Shown: one piece after another, positions 11,801 to 23,909 of the stretch
Layout of the letters: each line of letters opens with the position of its first letter
Numbering within the stretch: position 1 is the stretch's first letter
Assembly: GCF_963921235.1 (NCBI RefSeq)
Contig: NC_086097.1
Coordinates: 176,144,001 to 176,208,000 of the forward strand
Reading direction: 5' to 3'
Origin: Mobula hypostoma
Taxonomy: Eukaryota
Length of the DNA stretch: 64,000 nt
Made by a program: the position numbers and the translations under genes
The notes under the pieces: model-generated
What the model was told of the DNA's origin: nothing
What the model saw: only the letters and a program-made list of their open reading frames with translations
Database searches by the model: none

Positions 11801-12872
11801 TGCGACATTTCCTTTGCCACATGCCATTGTTAACTCCCTATTCAACTTGCACCCAATATCCATGCTACTGTTTGGGGGCCTGTAGATAACACCTATTAGG
11901 GTCTTTTTGGCCTTACTGTTCCTCAGTTCTATCCACACTGACTCTACTTCACCTGATTCTATGTTCCCCCTTGCAAGGGACTGAATCTCATTCCTCACCA
12001 ACAGGGCCACCCCACCCCCTCTGCCCACCTTTCTGTCCCTTCGATAGCACGTATACCGTTGTACATTCAATTCCCAGGTCTGATCCCCCTGCAGCCATGT
12101 CTCCGTTATCCCAACAACATCATAGTTACCCATTCGCACCTGAGCTTCAAGCTCATCCGCCTTATTTATGACACTTCGTGCATTCAGATATAGAATTTTT
12201 AACCCATTTCTCCTCTCTCTGCTTAAATTGCTGCCTATTGTGCATAACCCAGCTTCCCGAACTCTCACCGGGCTATACGCCCCTTGAATTTTGTTGTCCT
12301 TCTTAAATTTACTTACTCTTTCTGCACATTTAACTTCATGTTCCATCAGACCATCTTTCTGCACGTGTATCCTCCTTATCACTCGTTCCGCCTCACCTTT
12401 CTCTACTTCACACTTAATATTCCGGAACCATGTAGTCCCCACCTGTCCTTTATACTTCATCTCGTTATCCTCACTCACATTCTGGATCCCTGCCCCCTGC
12501 AAATTCAGTTTAAACCACCCCCCCCCAAGCAGCACTAGCAAACTTTCCTGCAAGAATGTTAGTACCCATCCAGTTCCGGTGTAAACTGTCCCGTCGGAAC
12601 AGATCCCACCTTCCCTGGAACAGATCCCACCTTCCCTGGAACAAATCTAAAAACTTGAAGCCCTCTCTCCTACACCATCCTCTCAGCCACGTATTGATCT
12701 GTATAATCCTTCTGTTCCTCGCTTCGCTCGCACGTGGCACAGGTAGCAATCCTGAGATTGTTACCCTGGAGGTCCTACCCTTCAGCTTCGCGCCTAACTC
12801 CCTGAACTCACTACGCAGGACCCCCTCACTCTTCCTACCCACATCGTTGGTCCCTACATGGACACCCCATAC
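8802..12872 (-). mobile_element. RTE-type SINE-like element copy 2 (8802-9317 plus 12861-12872), interrupted by a CR1
   Basis: 11-bp TSD acctgatggta (8791-8801 / 12873-12883). Its 5'-terminal gtatggggtgtc, matching copy 1, is displaced to 12861-12872. Confidence 0.75.
9318..12860 (-). mobile_element. Long CR1 LINE: 3' part of ORF1 (SGNH esterase-like) plus frameshifted ORF2 (APE endonuclease, RT)
   Basis: ORF1: VHVGTNDVG...ISGLLP...DSLH. ORF2: LYLNARS...ETWL...GGGVALLV...MGDFN...SDHN (11132..), KSPGPDGLHPRVLKE (10335..), KFVDDTKLGG (9395..). (ctattgt)-type tail at 9318-9335. 21-bp tandem duplication at ~12596-12642. Confidence 0.95.
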
Positions 12873-13981
12873 ACCTGATGGTAACAGTGAGAAAAGGGCA
12901 TGCCCTGGGTTTTGGGGGTCCTTAATAATGGACGCTGCCTTTATGAGACACTGCTCCTTGAAGATGTCCTGGATGCTTTGTAAGCTAGTACCCAAGATGG
13001 AGCCGACTAAATTTATGACCTCTGCAGCTTCTTTCAGTCCTGTGCAGTAGCCCCCCACCCCCATACCAGTCAGTGATGCAGCCTGTCAGAATGCTCTCCA
13101 CAGTAGGTCTATAGAAGTTTTTGTTGACACACCAAATCTCTTCAAACTCTTAATGAAGTATAGTCACTGTCTTGCCTTCTTTATAACAGCATCGATATGT
13201 GGGACCAGGTTAGATCTTCAGAGATCTTGACACCCAGGAATTTGTATCTGCTTACTCTCTCCACTTCAGATCCCTCTATGAGGATTGGTATGTGTGCCTT
13301 CGTCTTACCCTTCCTGAAGTCCACAATCAGCTCTTTTGTCTTACTGACATTGAGTTCCAGGTTGTTGCTGTGACACCACTCCACTAGTTGGCATATCTCG
13401 CTCCTGTACGCCCTCTTGTCTCCATCTGAGATTCTACCAACGATGGTTGTATCATTATCAAATTTATAGATGGTATTTGAGCTATGCATAGCCACACAGT
13501 CATAGGTATAGAGAGAGTAGAGCAGAGGGCCAAGCACACACCCCTGAGGTGCACCAGTGTTGATCGTCAGTGAGGAGGAGATATTATCACCAATCAGCAC
13601 AGATTGTGGTCTTCTGGTTTGGAAGTCAAGGATCCGATTGCAGAGGGAGGTTCTGTAACTTCCCAATCAGGATTGTGGGAATGATGGTGTTAAATGCTGA
13701 GCTATAGTTGATGAACAGCATCCTGACATAGGTGCTAAAATTGTCCAGGTAGTCTAAGATTGTGTGAAAAACCATTGAGATTGCATCTGTCCGTTGACCT
13801 ATTGTGGTGATAGGCATATTGTAGTGGGTCCAGGTCCTTGCTGAGGCAAGAGTTCAGTCTAGTCATGACCAACCTCTCAAAGCATTTCATCACTGTAGAT
13901 GTGAGTGCTACCGGACAATATCCATTAAGGCAGCTCACATTATTCTTCTTAGGCACTGGTATAATTTTTGCATTTTTGAAG

Positions 13982-15530
13982 TGTAATGTTCACTGCTGAT
14001 GTAACGGTTTCTCTGTAGCAGAAATGTTTGGGTTATGGCTAGGAGATAACGGGGTTTGGTATGCAGAGGTTAGCCAATGAGGAAATGGTGTTCTTTCTTG
14101 CGTCTGGGAGCTGGGTTTTTGTAGCCTTTTGTCGAGGAGTGATGAAGAGGGAAGATGCATGTGGAGAGAGCTGGTAGGCTACCGGATGGAGTGGACTGGG
14201 ATCGGAGGGTCCAAAGGTCGGTGACATTTGGAGGAGATCGATGGTGGAAGGATGACTGCTGAGTGAGCTCAAACTGGGACTTTGACTTTGACTTGGTCCC
14301 TTTTTTTGTTTTGTTTATTTTCATTACTAACCCTATATTCATATCAAGATTCATGAAGTCTATCATTTAATTGCAAGCACAAAATATTCTGCAGATGCTG
14401 GGGTCAAAGCAACACTCACAACAAGCTGGAGGAACTGAACAGGTCGGGCAGCATCCGTGGAAAAGATCCGCTGATATTTCGGGCCGGAACCCTTCATCAG
14501 GACTGAAGAGGGAAGGGACAGAGGCCCTATAAAGAAGGTGGGGGGAGAGTGGGAAGGAGAAGGCTGGAAGGTTCCAGGTGAAAAACCAGTAAGGGGAAAG
14601 ATAAAGGTGTGGGGGAGGGGAAGCAGGGAGGTGATAGGCAGGAAAGGTGAAAAAGGAATAGGGGAAAGCACAATGGGTAGTAGAAGGAGGTGGGACCATA
14701 AGGGAGGTAGTAGGCAGCTAGGGGAGGGGGCAGAGTGAAACTGGGATAGGGGAAGGGAGAGGGAGGGAATTACCGGAAGTTGGAGAATTCAATGCTCATA
14801 CCAAGGGGACGAGCACCTCCGCTCCATCTGCCACAACAGACAGGTTCTCCTGGTTCCCACCCACTTCAACTTTGCTTCACATTCCCATTTGGATATTTCC
14901 AGACATGGCCTCCTCTACTGCCATGATGAGGCTAAACACAGGTTGGAGGAGCAACATCTCATATACCGTCTAGGTAGTCTCCAGCCTCTTGGTGTGAACA
15001 TTGAACTCTCCAACTTCCCTCCCTCTCCCTTCCCCTATCCCAGTTTCACTCTGGCCCTCTCCTAGCTGCCCACTACCTCCCTTATGGTTCCGCCTCCTTC
15101 TACTACCCATTGTGCTTTCCCCTATTCCTTCTTCACCTTTCCTGCCTATCCCCTCCCTGCTTCCTCTCCCCTACCCCTTTATCTTTCCCCTTACTGGTTT
15201 TTCACCTGGAACCTACCTGCCTTCTCCTTCCCACCCTCCCCCCACCCTCTTTATAAGGCCTCTGCCCCTTCCCTCTTCAGTCCTGATGAAGGGTTCCGGC
15301 TCAAAGCGCTGACCGATCGTTTCCATGGATGCTGCCCGACCTGCTGAGTTCCTCCAGCTTGTTGTGAGTGTCATTTAATTGCATATGGTGCACTGTCTGA
15401 TATTTTGCGTTGTGGGTTTGTAACTGGGGGTGCATCACACAGCATCCACACAAACGTGATTACCCAGTTTGGCGGGGCCGAAGGCTGATTCCCCTAGTCA
15501 AACATGAGTTGGGCGAGCCTGAGGGTTACA
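13982..15530 (+). repeat. 5' LTR of Gypsy A, interrupted by a PLE at 14376-15370
   Basis: Runs tgtaatg...gagggttaca. Aligns with 21228-21588 plus 26543-26720. Confidence 0.92.
14376..15370 (+). mobile_element. Penelope-like element: GIY-YIG C-terminus plus pLTR, with an inverted upstream pLTR
   Basis: 13-bp TSD tcatttaattgca (14363-14375 / 15371-15383). Inverted arms ~14413-14805 and ~14988-15370 give the twin ORFs MVPPPSTTHCAFPYS on both strands. The middle reads EHLRSI...THFN...HGLLYCHDEAKHRLEEQHLIYRLGSLQP. Confidence 0.9.
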
Positions 15531-15534
15531 ATTA

Positions 15535-15554
15535 TGGGGGCTACATCCGGGATT
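15535..15554 (+). promoter_or_regulatory. Primer-binding site of Gypsy A (tRNA-Pro-like)
   Basis: tgggggctacatccgggatt lies 4 nt after the LTR and resembles the tRNA-Pro PBS TGGGGGCTCGTCCGGGAT. Confidence 0.8.
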
Positions 15555-15639
15555 GATTCCACTGGATGCTGTGTGATCGCCCTGTTTAAATCAGTGCTGG
15601 TACGGATGCTGCTGGGGTGGGGTAGTGGTGTGCCTCTGT

Positions 15640-17038
15640 GTGATTGCCCGTAATTAATGCGTGCATGTTGAGTGGGGTGGATATTCATACTCCGGATGAA
15701 CTGTTAATTTGATTTTTGAGAATGGTTGAAGCTGTTGGCAAGGTTGAAATCGTAGCGCGAAAGTTAGATAAAATGGCAGGCTCAGAACTTGTTTTAGTTC
15801 AGACTAGCGCTGACATAATGGCGGTGGGACTGCCAGCGTCTATTGGTGACCCAGGTGAGGCGGGTCCATGGCCTGTCCATACTGTCAGGGAGGAGGAGAA
15901 GGGAGCCCAGCAGGCTGGGGCACAAGCTGAGTTGCCCGCAGTTGGGGGCAGAGATTTCAGAGACAGGGTTCTATCGTTTCTGAGGAGTGAGGGGAAAGAG
16001 TGGTTGGATTTGGAGGAGAGTTTAATCAGTCCCTGTCACCCAGTGAAGAGTAAGGGTTCTGAGTTGGCATCAGCCCTTACCTCCTTGGCGAATAAGTGGC
16101 CCAGTGCCCTGGCAGAGGGTCCCTGCTGGAAGTTAAGAATTTTCTCTGGAATAACACCCACCCCCGAGGGGGAAGAGGAGTATGAGACGTGGGTGGAGAA
16201 GACCTCTCAGTTGTTAGATGAGTGGCAGTGCTCTGACGACGAAAAGCGACAGAGATTGTTTGAAAGCTTGAAGGGGTTGGCGGCTGATGTAGTAAGAGGT
16301 GTGACGGTTAACTAACCCTCTGCGTCCCTTGCTGAGTATCTAGACTCATTAGAGAGCACTTTTGGTATGACAGGGAGCCCACTGGAGCTCCTGGGGGGGT
16401 GGGGGGCGGGTTTCAAAACATGTCAGGAGAAGGGGGAGAAGCTTTCCGCGACCTTTCTCGGCTAGAGAGGCAGCTAAATTGTTTGCAGCGCCGGGGGTCA
16501 TTCAGCGGCTGAAGTGGATGTTAAGGATGGATCAGATAGCCAAGGATGCTCAGTCCCAGGACATGATTGCTTGGGGTTTCTGACAATCCCATAAAATGCA
16601 CCCCCCTCCTTCATTTGTTCAGCTGAATAGAGAGGTGCGTGAGGAGGAAAACGCGTTGGGGCCGCGAGAGGATTCCGTCAGCAGGGTACAGTCCTTGGTA
16701 GTAGCCCCTTGTGGTGAAATGCCAGCCCAACCCGGGAAATGGTAAAGAAGATGGTGCAGAGATGAGGACTGAGATGTTCTGGGTGTTAGCAGCGGGTGTG
16801 GACCCTCCGTATGATAGGACTGGTAGAGAGGGGCCCCCCCGCAAGGGGACGGACTACGCAAAGGGCTGCGTGTGGCCGGGGTTCCGTGAGAAGAGGGGCA
16901 GCCGGTAGTGTGTTCTCTAACTGTGGGGAAGAGGGACACTTCCGGCCGGAATGTGAGCGGCAGGAAGACCCTCGGAGAGTGAGCTCCCGGGTATCTAAGC
17001 AGGGAGATGTGTCGGGAAACTTGGAGGAGATCCAGTAA
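15640..17038 (+). pseudogene. Gypsy A gag, PNMA/Ma-like capsid with a degenerate Zn knuckle (stops and frameshifts)
   Basis: KLRIFSGITPTPEGEEEYETWVE...EWQCSDDEKRQRLFESLKGLAADVV, followed by FSNCGEEGHFRPEC. Confidence 0.8.
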
Positions 17039-17099
17039 GGGAACGGCCTGGTCTCTCTGGGGGAAGACGTTCCCAGCAATGTACCAAGGAACTCCCGAA

Positions 17100-20000
17100 A
17101 GCAAAAGACCCTACGCCTGAAGGCTTAGTGTGATCACGCTCCAGTGTGTTGCTACAGATAGAGGGGATGTATGCTAAAGCCATACTTGACCCGGGTCGCA
17201 GGTCACATTACTGTACCATTCGTTTTACAACCAGTATCTGAAGCATTTACCCTTGACACCATTCAGTGCAGTGGAGATTTGGGGTAGCAGCGCTGGTGAT
17301 TATCCATACGACGACTATTTGTCAGTGAAACTGGAGTTCTCGGAGGCCGATGTGGGAGTGTCTGAGGTTCTTGATACATTGGTGCTGGTTTGTCCGGACG
17401 CTGTTGAGACAGGCGGCGTTTCAATTCTGGTGGGGATCAGCACCCCTCTTGTGAGGAGGCTGATGGGGACCTGCAAGGAGAAGGCGGATGAGAACTTTTT
17501 GGGGGCATTGTCCGTGCACCTGGTGTTTCGAGCTGCTTTTGAGGAAGTGCATGGCAGCATTGGGCCAGACACCGAATTTAAACGAGGGACTGTGTGGTTC
17601 ACCCAGTCGAAGCCAATGGTGGTACGGCCCGGGGAAGTAGCGAGAGTGATGGAGACCCCCAGATTTCCTGGAGTGCCTGAGGGTGAAGCCCTCTTAGTGG
17701 ACACTCCAGAAAACCATGACGGGGAGTCGGGATTTCTGACTGGGGTACTGGTGAGGCCCGAATTGCAGAAGGCCTCAGTTGTACAGGCAAGCAGGATGGC
17801 AGTGATCGTCAGGAACACTACAAAGAGGGAGGGCACCTTCAAGTGGGGGATGCTCCTGGCACAGTTGTTCCTGGTGATGGTAATGTCTAGTGTTCCCATG
17901 AAGTACGCTGGGGAGAAACTATTGGAAAAGGGGGAGAAGTTGCCTGCTGAGTCATTCAACTTTGGGGACTCCCCGGTGCTGCCAGGTTGGAAAAGTAGAG
18001 GCAGGATCAAGCAGTGGATCAATTGGGGGCTTCTGATGACGCCATACCACGTTTACTGTAACCTGACTGCTCTGAAGACAAATCAGCTGCCGGAATTAAG
18101 TCCAAGGGAAGGGGCAGCTGCTCAGCGAGATGATCCAGGCATTGGCACTATTTGGTCTGCGGTTGAAAAGGGAGGCATGGCTCAGGTGGAGAAGACGAAA
18201 CTCGCTTCAGTGCCTCCCTTACTGAAAGAATGGCCTCGGTTGGAGTTGAAGAACCAGATCTTATACCGGGTCACGTCACCCCCCGGACCGACCTCGGCGT
18301 TGCCAGCTGGTTCTGCCCGAGAAGTATCGGAGGATTGCGTTGAAGTCACTTCATGATGATTCTGGACATCTGGGGGTGGAAAAGACCTATGGATTGCTCA
18401 GAGACAGGTTTTACTGACCCCGAATGAAGTTGGAGGTTGAAGAATACTGCAAGTCGTGCATTTGCTGCATACGGTGGAAGACACTGCCTACGCAGGCAGC
18501 TCCTTTGTCCCACTTGCAGAGTGCAGGGCCCCTGGACCTGGTGTGTATGGATTTCCTGTCCATAGAACCTGATGCCAGCAACACGGCAAATGTCTTGGTT
18601 ATCAAAGACCACTACACGAGATATGCTCAGGCTTTTCCTATCAAGGACCAGAGGGCGGCTACAGTGGCAAAAGTGTTATGGGAGAAGTATTTGTTTATTA
18701 TGGCCTTCCCAGGTGGATACATAGTGACCAGGGATGGGACTTCGAGAGCAGACTCATCTATGAGTTACTGGGCATGCTTGGAGTTGAGAAGTCGAGGACC
18801 ACGCCCTATCACCCGCAGGGTGATCCCCAGCCTGAGCGGTTTAATCGGACCTTGCTAAACATGCTTGGGACCCTGGAGATCAGCAAGAAGAGCAGGTGGA
18901 GGCAAGAAGAGCAGGTATTGGGCATCTGGTTCATTGTTACAGCTGTACACGAAATGAAGCTACTGGGTACTCGCCATATTATCTGATGTTTGGGTGTGAG
19001 GCGAGGTTGCCCGTTGTCCTTTGTTTTGCGACTGACGAGGGTGACTTACCACCGAAGCCGTATCTGAAGTATGTGTCTGATATGAGGAGAGAACTGAAAA
19101 AGGCTTATGAGTTGGCTGGGGTTGCAGCTGCCAAGCAGAATCGTGGAAATAAGTCAAGTCAAGTCAGGTGTATTTATAAAGGACATTTAAAACAACCCAT
19201 GTTGACCAAAATGCTGTACAAACCATAACAGGTAGCTAAAATCACAAATACAAGAAACACAGATTTAAACAACAAGGCACACAGCTTATAGTCACAAAAT
19301 AAACAACACGAGCCAAAAATCAGCCACATCAGTAAGATTCAAATGCCAGTGAATAAAGGTAAGTTTTGAGCCTGGACTTAAAAGAGTCAATGGAGGGGGC
19401 AGATCTTAAAGGGAGGGGAATGCTGTTTCACAGTCTAGGGTCTACAACAGCAAAGGCGCAGTCACCCCGAACTTAAATTTAGATCGCGGGACAGCCAGAA
19501 GCCCCAATTCAGCTGACCTGAGGGACCTGGGAGTAGAATAATGGGTTGGAAGGTCTGTGATATGGTGGGGGGGGGCAGCTCATTTAGGGCTTTATAAACG
19601 AACAGGAGAACCTTAAAATCAATTCTGAACCATACTGGCAGCCAGTGGAGGGAGGCCAGGATAGGAGTAATATGGTCCCTCTTCTGGGCACCTGTCAGGA
19701 GCCTGGCTGCGGTGTTCTGGACCAGTTGCAGACAGGACAAGGACGACTGACTAATCCCAGAATACAGGGAGTTGAAATAGTCCAAGCGGGAGGATATAAG
19801 GGCGTGGATGACTTTGTCGAGATCTTCACAGAAATGACTTGATTTTCGCAATAGTATGAAGCTGGAAAAAACTGGCTTTTACTACTGCATTAACTTGCTT
19901 GTCAAACTTAAAGGCGGAATCAAATATCACATCAAGGTTTTTGACATGGGGTGTGACAAGGGTGGACAGGTTACCAAGACTGCTGGTAATCACTTTGATG

Positions 20001-20600
20001 GAGTCAGGGGGGCCAAATAGGACAGCTTCAGACTTGCCTTCATTCAGATGTAAGACGTTTTGTGCCATCCAACACTTTATGTCCTCAAGGCAGTTCATGA
20101 GGCTGACTCGATTTGACTGGTTGTTTGGTTTCAAGGGGAGATAAAGCCGTGCGTCGTCAGCATAACAATGGAAGGAAATGTCGTGCTTTTGAATGATTTG
20201 GCTGAGGGGAAGCATGTATATAGAGAAAAGAATGGGACCTAGGATGGAACCTTGTGGAACCCTGCAGGAGATACTAGCTGGAGAAGAGGAAAATTTGCCT
20301 ATGTTGATAGAGAAGCTTTGAGGTAGGAGGTGAACGAGGAGGAGGTATGATCAGAAGGTGAGGTTCTCCCAACTCCTGCCGGGAGTCCGAGTTCTCATAA
20401 GGAACTTGGGGCTACCTGGGAAACACAAGGTGGCTGACCACTGGGTGGCCACACTTATGGGGTGGAGAGTCAGATGCCAAACCTACCGGTTTTCTGGGTG
20501 AAACCAGAGGAGGGGAATGGGCCTGTCAAGATTCTCCATCAGAACCACCTGTTGCTGCTGGGACAAGAGGTGCAGGTAGACCCAGAGCTCGACTTGGAGC
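17100..20600 (+). pseudogene. Gypsy A pol remnant: aspartic protease, then integrase (HHCC, DDE), interrupted by L2
   Basis: Protease KAILDPG at ~17175. Integrase: HDDSGHLGVEKT...CKSCICC, DLVCMDF...DHYTRYAQAF, IHSDQGWDFES, PERFNRTLLNML. The frame KQNRGNK|RRYDQKV resumes at 20340. Confidence 0.85.
19154..20339 (-). mobile_element. 5'-truncated L2-clade LINE
   Basis: VPQGSILGPILF...FHCYADDARLYL (19826..20215) and HALISSRLDY...LQLVQNTAARLL...LHWLPV (19462..19851). (gactt)n tail at ~19151-19166. Confidence 0.92.
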
Positions 20601-22562
20601 CTGCACTTAGTGAGAGGACTCTGCGAAAACGCAGGGGACTGCAGGGCTCACAGCGGGAGAGGCTGGGCCGGGGCTCGCCCATGAGAGGGATACTGATTCA
20701 GAGGATGATGATCTGGATGTGTGGTACATGCTGCCTTTCGCTAACTCCCCATTGATTGAGGAAGAGACTCCTGTCCCTTCTCCCACTGAGTCAGGTGAAG
20801 TGGGGTGGGGGGGCTATCTGTGGGCAGCCTGGGTTACAGCGGGACCCTGAAGGAGAGGAAGCGGGGCCTGGACACGGGACAGAGTGCTCCGAGTTGCGAG
20901 GGGCATGAGTGATAGATCGAGGGAGGACTCGCCAAGTAGACCTGAAGTATCCCCAGTAGCATCTGAGCCTGAAGAGTTAGGTGAGGAGGTATGGAGGTCT
21001 CAGAGAATTAGGAAACCATGGGATAGGTTGGCCTATATAGCGCCTGGGGAACAGGGCATGATCTCTACAATTTTGGGGAGCTATGTCACTGCCCTTTGCA
21101 CCTGGATTGGGCAGGAAGGGTTGGCGAATTATCTCAACGTTATGAGGACAAGACTAAATTTGGTGGGGGGAGAATGTAATGGCTTCTTTGTAATGTTTCA
21201 CTGCTAATGCCAATGTAATGGCTTCTCTGTAATGCTCATTGCTGATGTAAAGGTTTCTCTGTAGCAGAAATGTTTGGGTTATGGCTAGGAGATAACGGGG
21301 TTTGGTATGCAGGGGTTAGCCAATGGTGTTCTTTCTTGTGTGTCTGGGAGCAGGGTTTTTGTAGTCTTTTGTCGAGGAGAGACGAAAAGGGAAGGCGCGT
21401 GTGGAGAGAGCTGGTAGACCACCGGACGGAGTGGACTGGGATCTGAGGGTCCGAAGGTCGGTGACATTCAGAGGAAATCGATAGTGGAAGGATAACTGCT
21501 GAGTGAGCTCAAACTGGGACTTTGACTTTGACTTGGGCCCTTTTTTTGTTTTGTTTATTTTCATTACTAAACCTATATTCAGACTAAGTGTGACAAGAAT
21601 ACACATAGATTAAGATGTTAGCCGGCCTGTGCTGGCACCAGTGGAATCAGCAGTTGGTCTGCCACCTGTCTTCAGGAGAGAGAGAGATAAGGAAAACAAT
21701 GGAGCAGCACTTGGAGATGTTAATTAAGGGGAAGGAGAGCTGTCAAGATCGGCTCCCCCTTTGAACCCCGAACTGTTTGAAGTGATGGACAGGCGATACC
21801 CCAGCAGGGGGATAAAAAGGGACAGGTTTGCTAAGGCAGGACACACACACGACACCCGAGGTAACGAGACCCTAGAAGCGATGCGTCTCTCACAAGTCGG
21901 TGGGAAGTTTTTGGACGGCTGATCGCGGGATCAAGCCATAGACGCTCAGGGTGGAAAGGCACGATCGGCGGGAACCTGGTGTGTGTCCACCCTTGCCTGG
22001 GTGCCAGGTTCACCGCAGAGAAACGATCGTATCTGGAAACGGAGGGGTCACGGTCGGTGACCTCAGATGACATCACAAAGGACTCACCCGAAAGCTGACT
22101 GCGAAGGTCTGTGTGGAAGCCTTGCATATTCATTCGTTTTGCTCTCTCTCTCCTTCCCCCACACTGTCCATCGCCACGGCAGCGATTACTGTGAACTGAA
22201 CTGAACTAAATTGAACTGAACTTGGCGTCACTTTGAAACTGGTCATTTACCCCTAGACAACGATAGAGTTTGATTGATCCTGTTATCTTAATTCTGTGTA
22301 CACGTATGTTTATCATTGCTGAACTGTTGCATTCATTATCCTTTTGATTAGAGTACTGTGTTGCTTGTTTCTTTAATAAAACTTTCTTAGTTCTAGTAAT
22401 CCAGACTCCAACTGAGTGATCCATTTCTGCTGGTTTGGCAACCCAGTTACGGGGTACGTAACATAAGTGCGGTTCTCGTCCGCGATTTTGAACGCTAAAT
22501 TTGGGATGGAGTAAATTGATTGGGTCAAAATTTACGAAAGAAAGAAAAGACAAACAGCAGAA

Positions 22563-23909
22563 ATGGAGGTTGAGGAATTTATAAAGGCGCCGACCTTGGA
22601 GGCATTAGAGGATGCCAGGAAATCGGATTTGGTAGCTGTGGCCAAACGGTTGAACCTTGCTAAGGGGAAGTCGACAATGAGGAGAGAGGAGATACACAGA
22701 GCTATCGTAGAGCACTATGTATCTAAAGGTGTGTTTCCCCAAGGCGAGCTGGAGGTAGTGTCTATTGAAAAACCTGCCGGAGACGCGGTACAGGTGCAGC
22801 TTGAAAAACTGAGACTCGAGCACGAGTTCCGGGTACGGCAGTTGGAGCGAGAAGAGAAGGAGAGAGAGTTAGAAAGGCAAGAGAAAGAGAAAGAGTTAGA
22901 AAGGCAGGAGAGAGAGAGGGAGTGACAGTTGGAGAGAGAAGAGAAAGAGAGGCAATGTGAGCGAGAAGAGAGAGAGAGGCAGAGGGAAAGGGAATTCGAG
23001 CTGGAGAAGTTAAGGATAAGGGCAGAGCAGGGGCCCGTGCCGAACCAAGGTGGAGGGTTCCGGGCGAGCCAGGAGGTTAGGCTGGTTCCCCCATTTGACG
23101 ATACCGACGTGGATCGGTACTTTCTCCATTTCGAAAAAGTTGCTACAAGTCAGGACTGGCCGAGGGATAAGTGGGCTGTTTTGCTTCAGATTGTACTGAA
23201 AGGGAAAGCCCAAGAAGCTTACTCAGCTTTGTCCACGGAAGATGCCCAGAGGTATGAGGTGGTGCAAGAGGCCATCCTCAGGATTTATGAGTTGATCCCG
23301 GAGGCATACCGGCAGAGGTTCCGGAATGCAAGAAAGCAGTGGGACTGCACATATTTAGAGTTTTCCCGTGAGATGCAGACATATTGTGAGCGTTGGTGCG
23401 CCTCGAAGGGGGTAGAGGGGGATTATGACAGACTGCTACAGCTGATCCTGATTGAGCAGTTTAAAGGTTGTGTCCCTAAGGGTATGAGACCCTACCTAGA
23501 TGAGAAAGAGGCAGCCACGTTAGCCACAACTGCTAAGTTAGCGGATGAGTATGCGTTGACGCATAAAATGAAGTTTGCCCCGAGTAAAGGTTACCAGAAG
23601 GGTAGTCAGGACGGCGGGGAGAGTCCGCCAGAAAAGTCAGAAAGTAAGCCGGGGACTAGTGAGAAGGATAAGGTAGACCGGGAGCAGTCTGGTAGGAAGT
23701 CTCCTGGGGTCGTCTGTTATAATTGCGGGAAAGTCGGACACTCTGCTTCCAGGTGCTTTGCCCCAAAGAAGGAGACGGGAAAAGGAAAAACGGCGATTTT
23801 GACTGGTTGTATCGAGCTGGTAAACAAATCGCTAGGACAGGACAGGACAGGTCTGCCAAAGTTCAGGAAGGGTGCGAGAGGTTTATCTCGGCCGGATTGG
23901 TGTCGGTGA
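22563..23909 (+). CDS. Element B gag: coiled coil, SCAN-like capsid domain, CCHC knuckle; one in-frame stop at 22923-22925
   Basis: ORFs 22563..22925 and 22929..23909 are in the same frame. Motifs VPPFDDTDVDRYFLHFEKVA, ELIPEAYRQRFR, LLQLILIEQF and CYNCGKVGHSASRC. Confidence 0.85.

Noticed and set aside
12510..13064. 184-aa novel protein
   Set aside because: Chance in-frame fusion of Rex1-like RT end, a 12-bp SINE remnant and CR1 ORF1.
14363..15347. Duplicated Pro/Ser/Phe-rich ORFs on both strands
   Set aside because: They are translations of the pyrimidine-rich PLE pLTR inverted repeat.
15535..15554. tRNA gene
   Set aside because: Only a ~20-nt complement of a tRNA 3' end (PBS). The SINE heads at 32135 and 45661 also lack a full cloverleaf.
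15716..16315. Domesticated PNMA-family host gene
   Set aside because: It lies inside an LTR element with TSD and PBS, and has stops and frameshifts.
22929..23909. Host SCAN zinc-finger gene
   Set aside because: It has a retroviral CCHC knuckle rather than C2H2 fingers and sits between near-identical LTRs.
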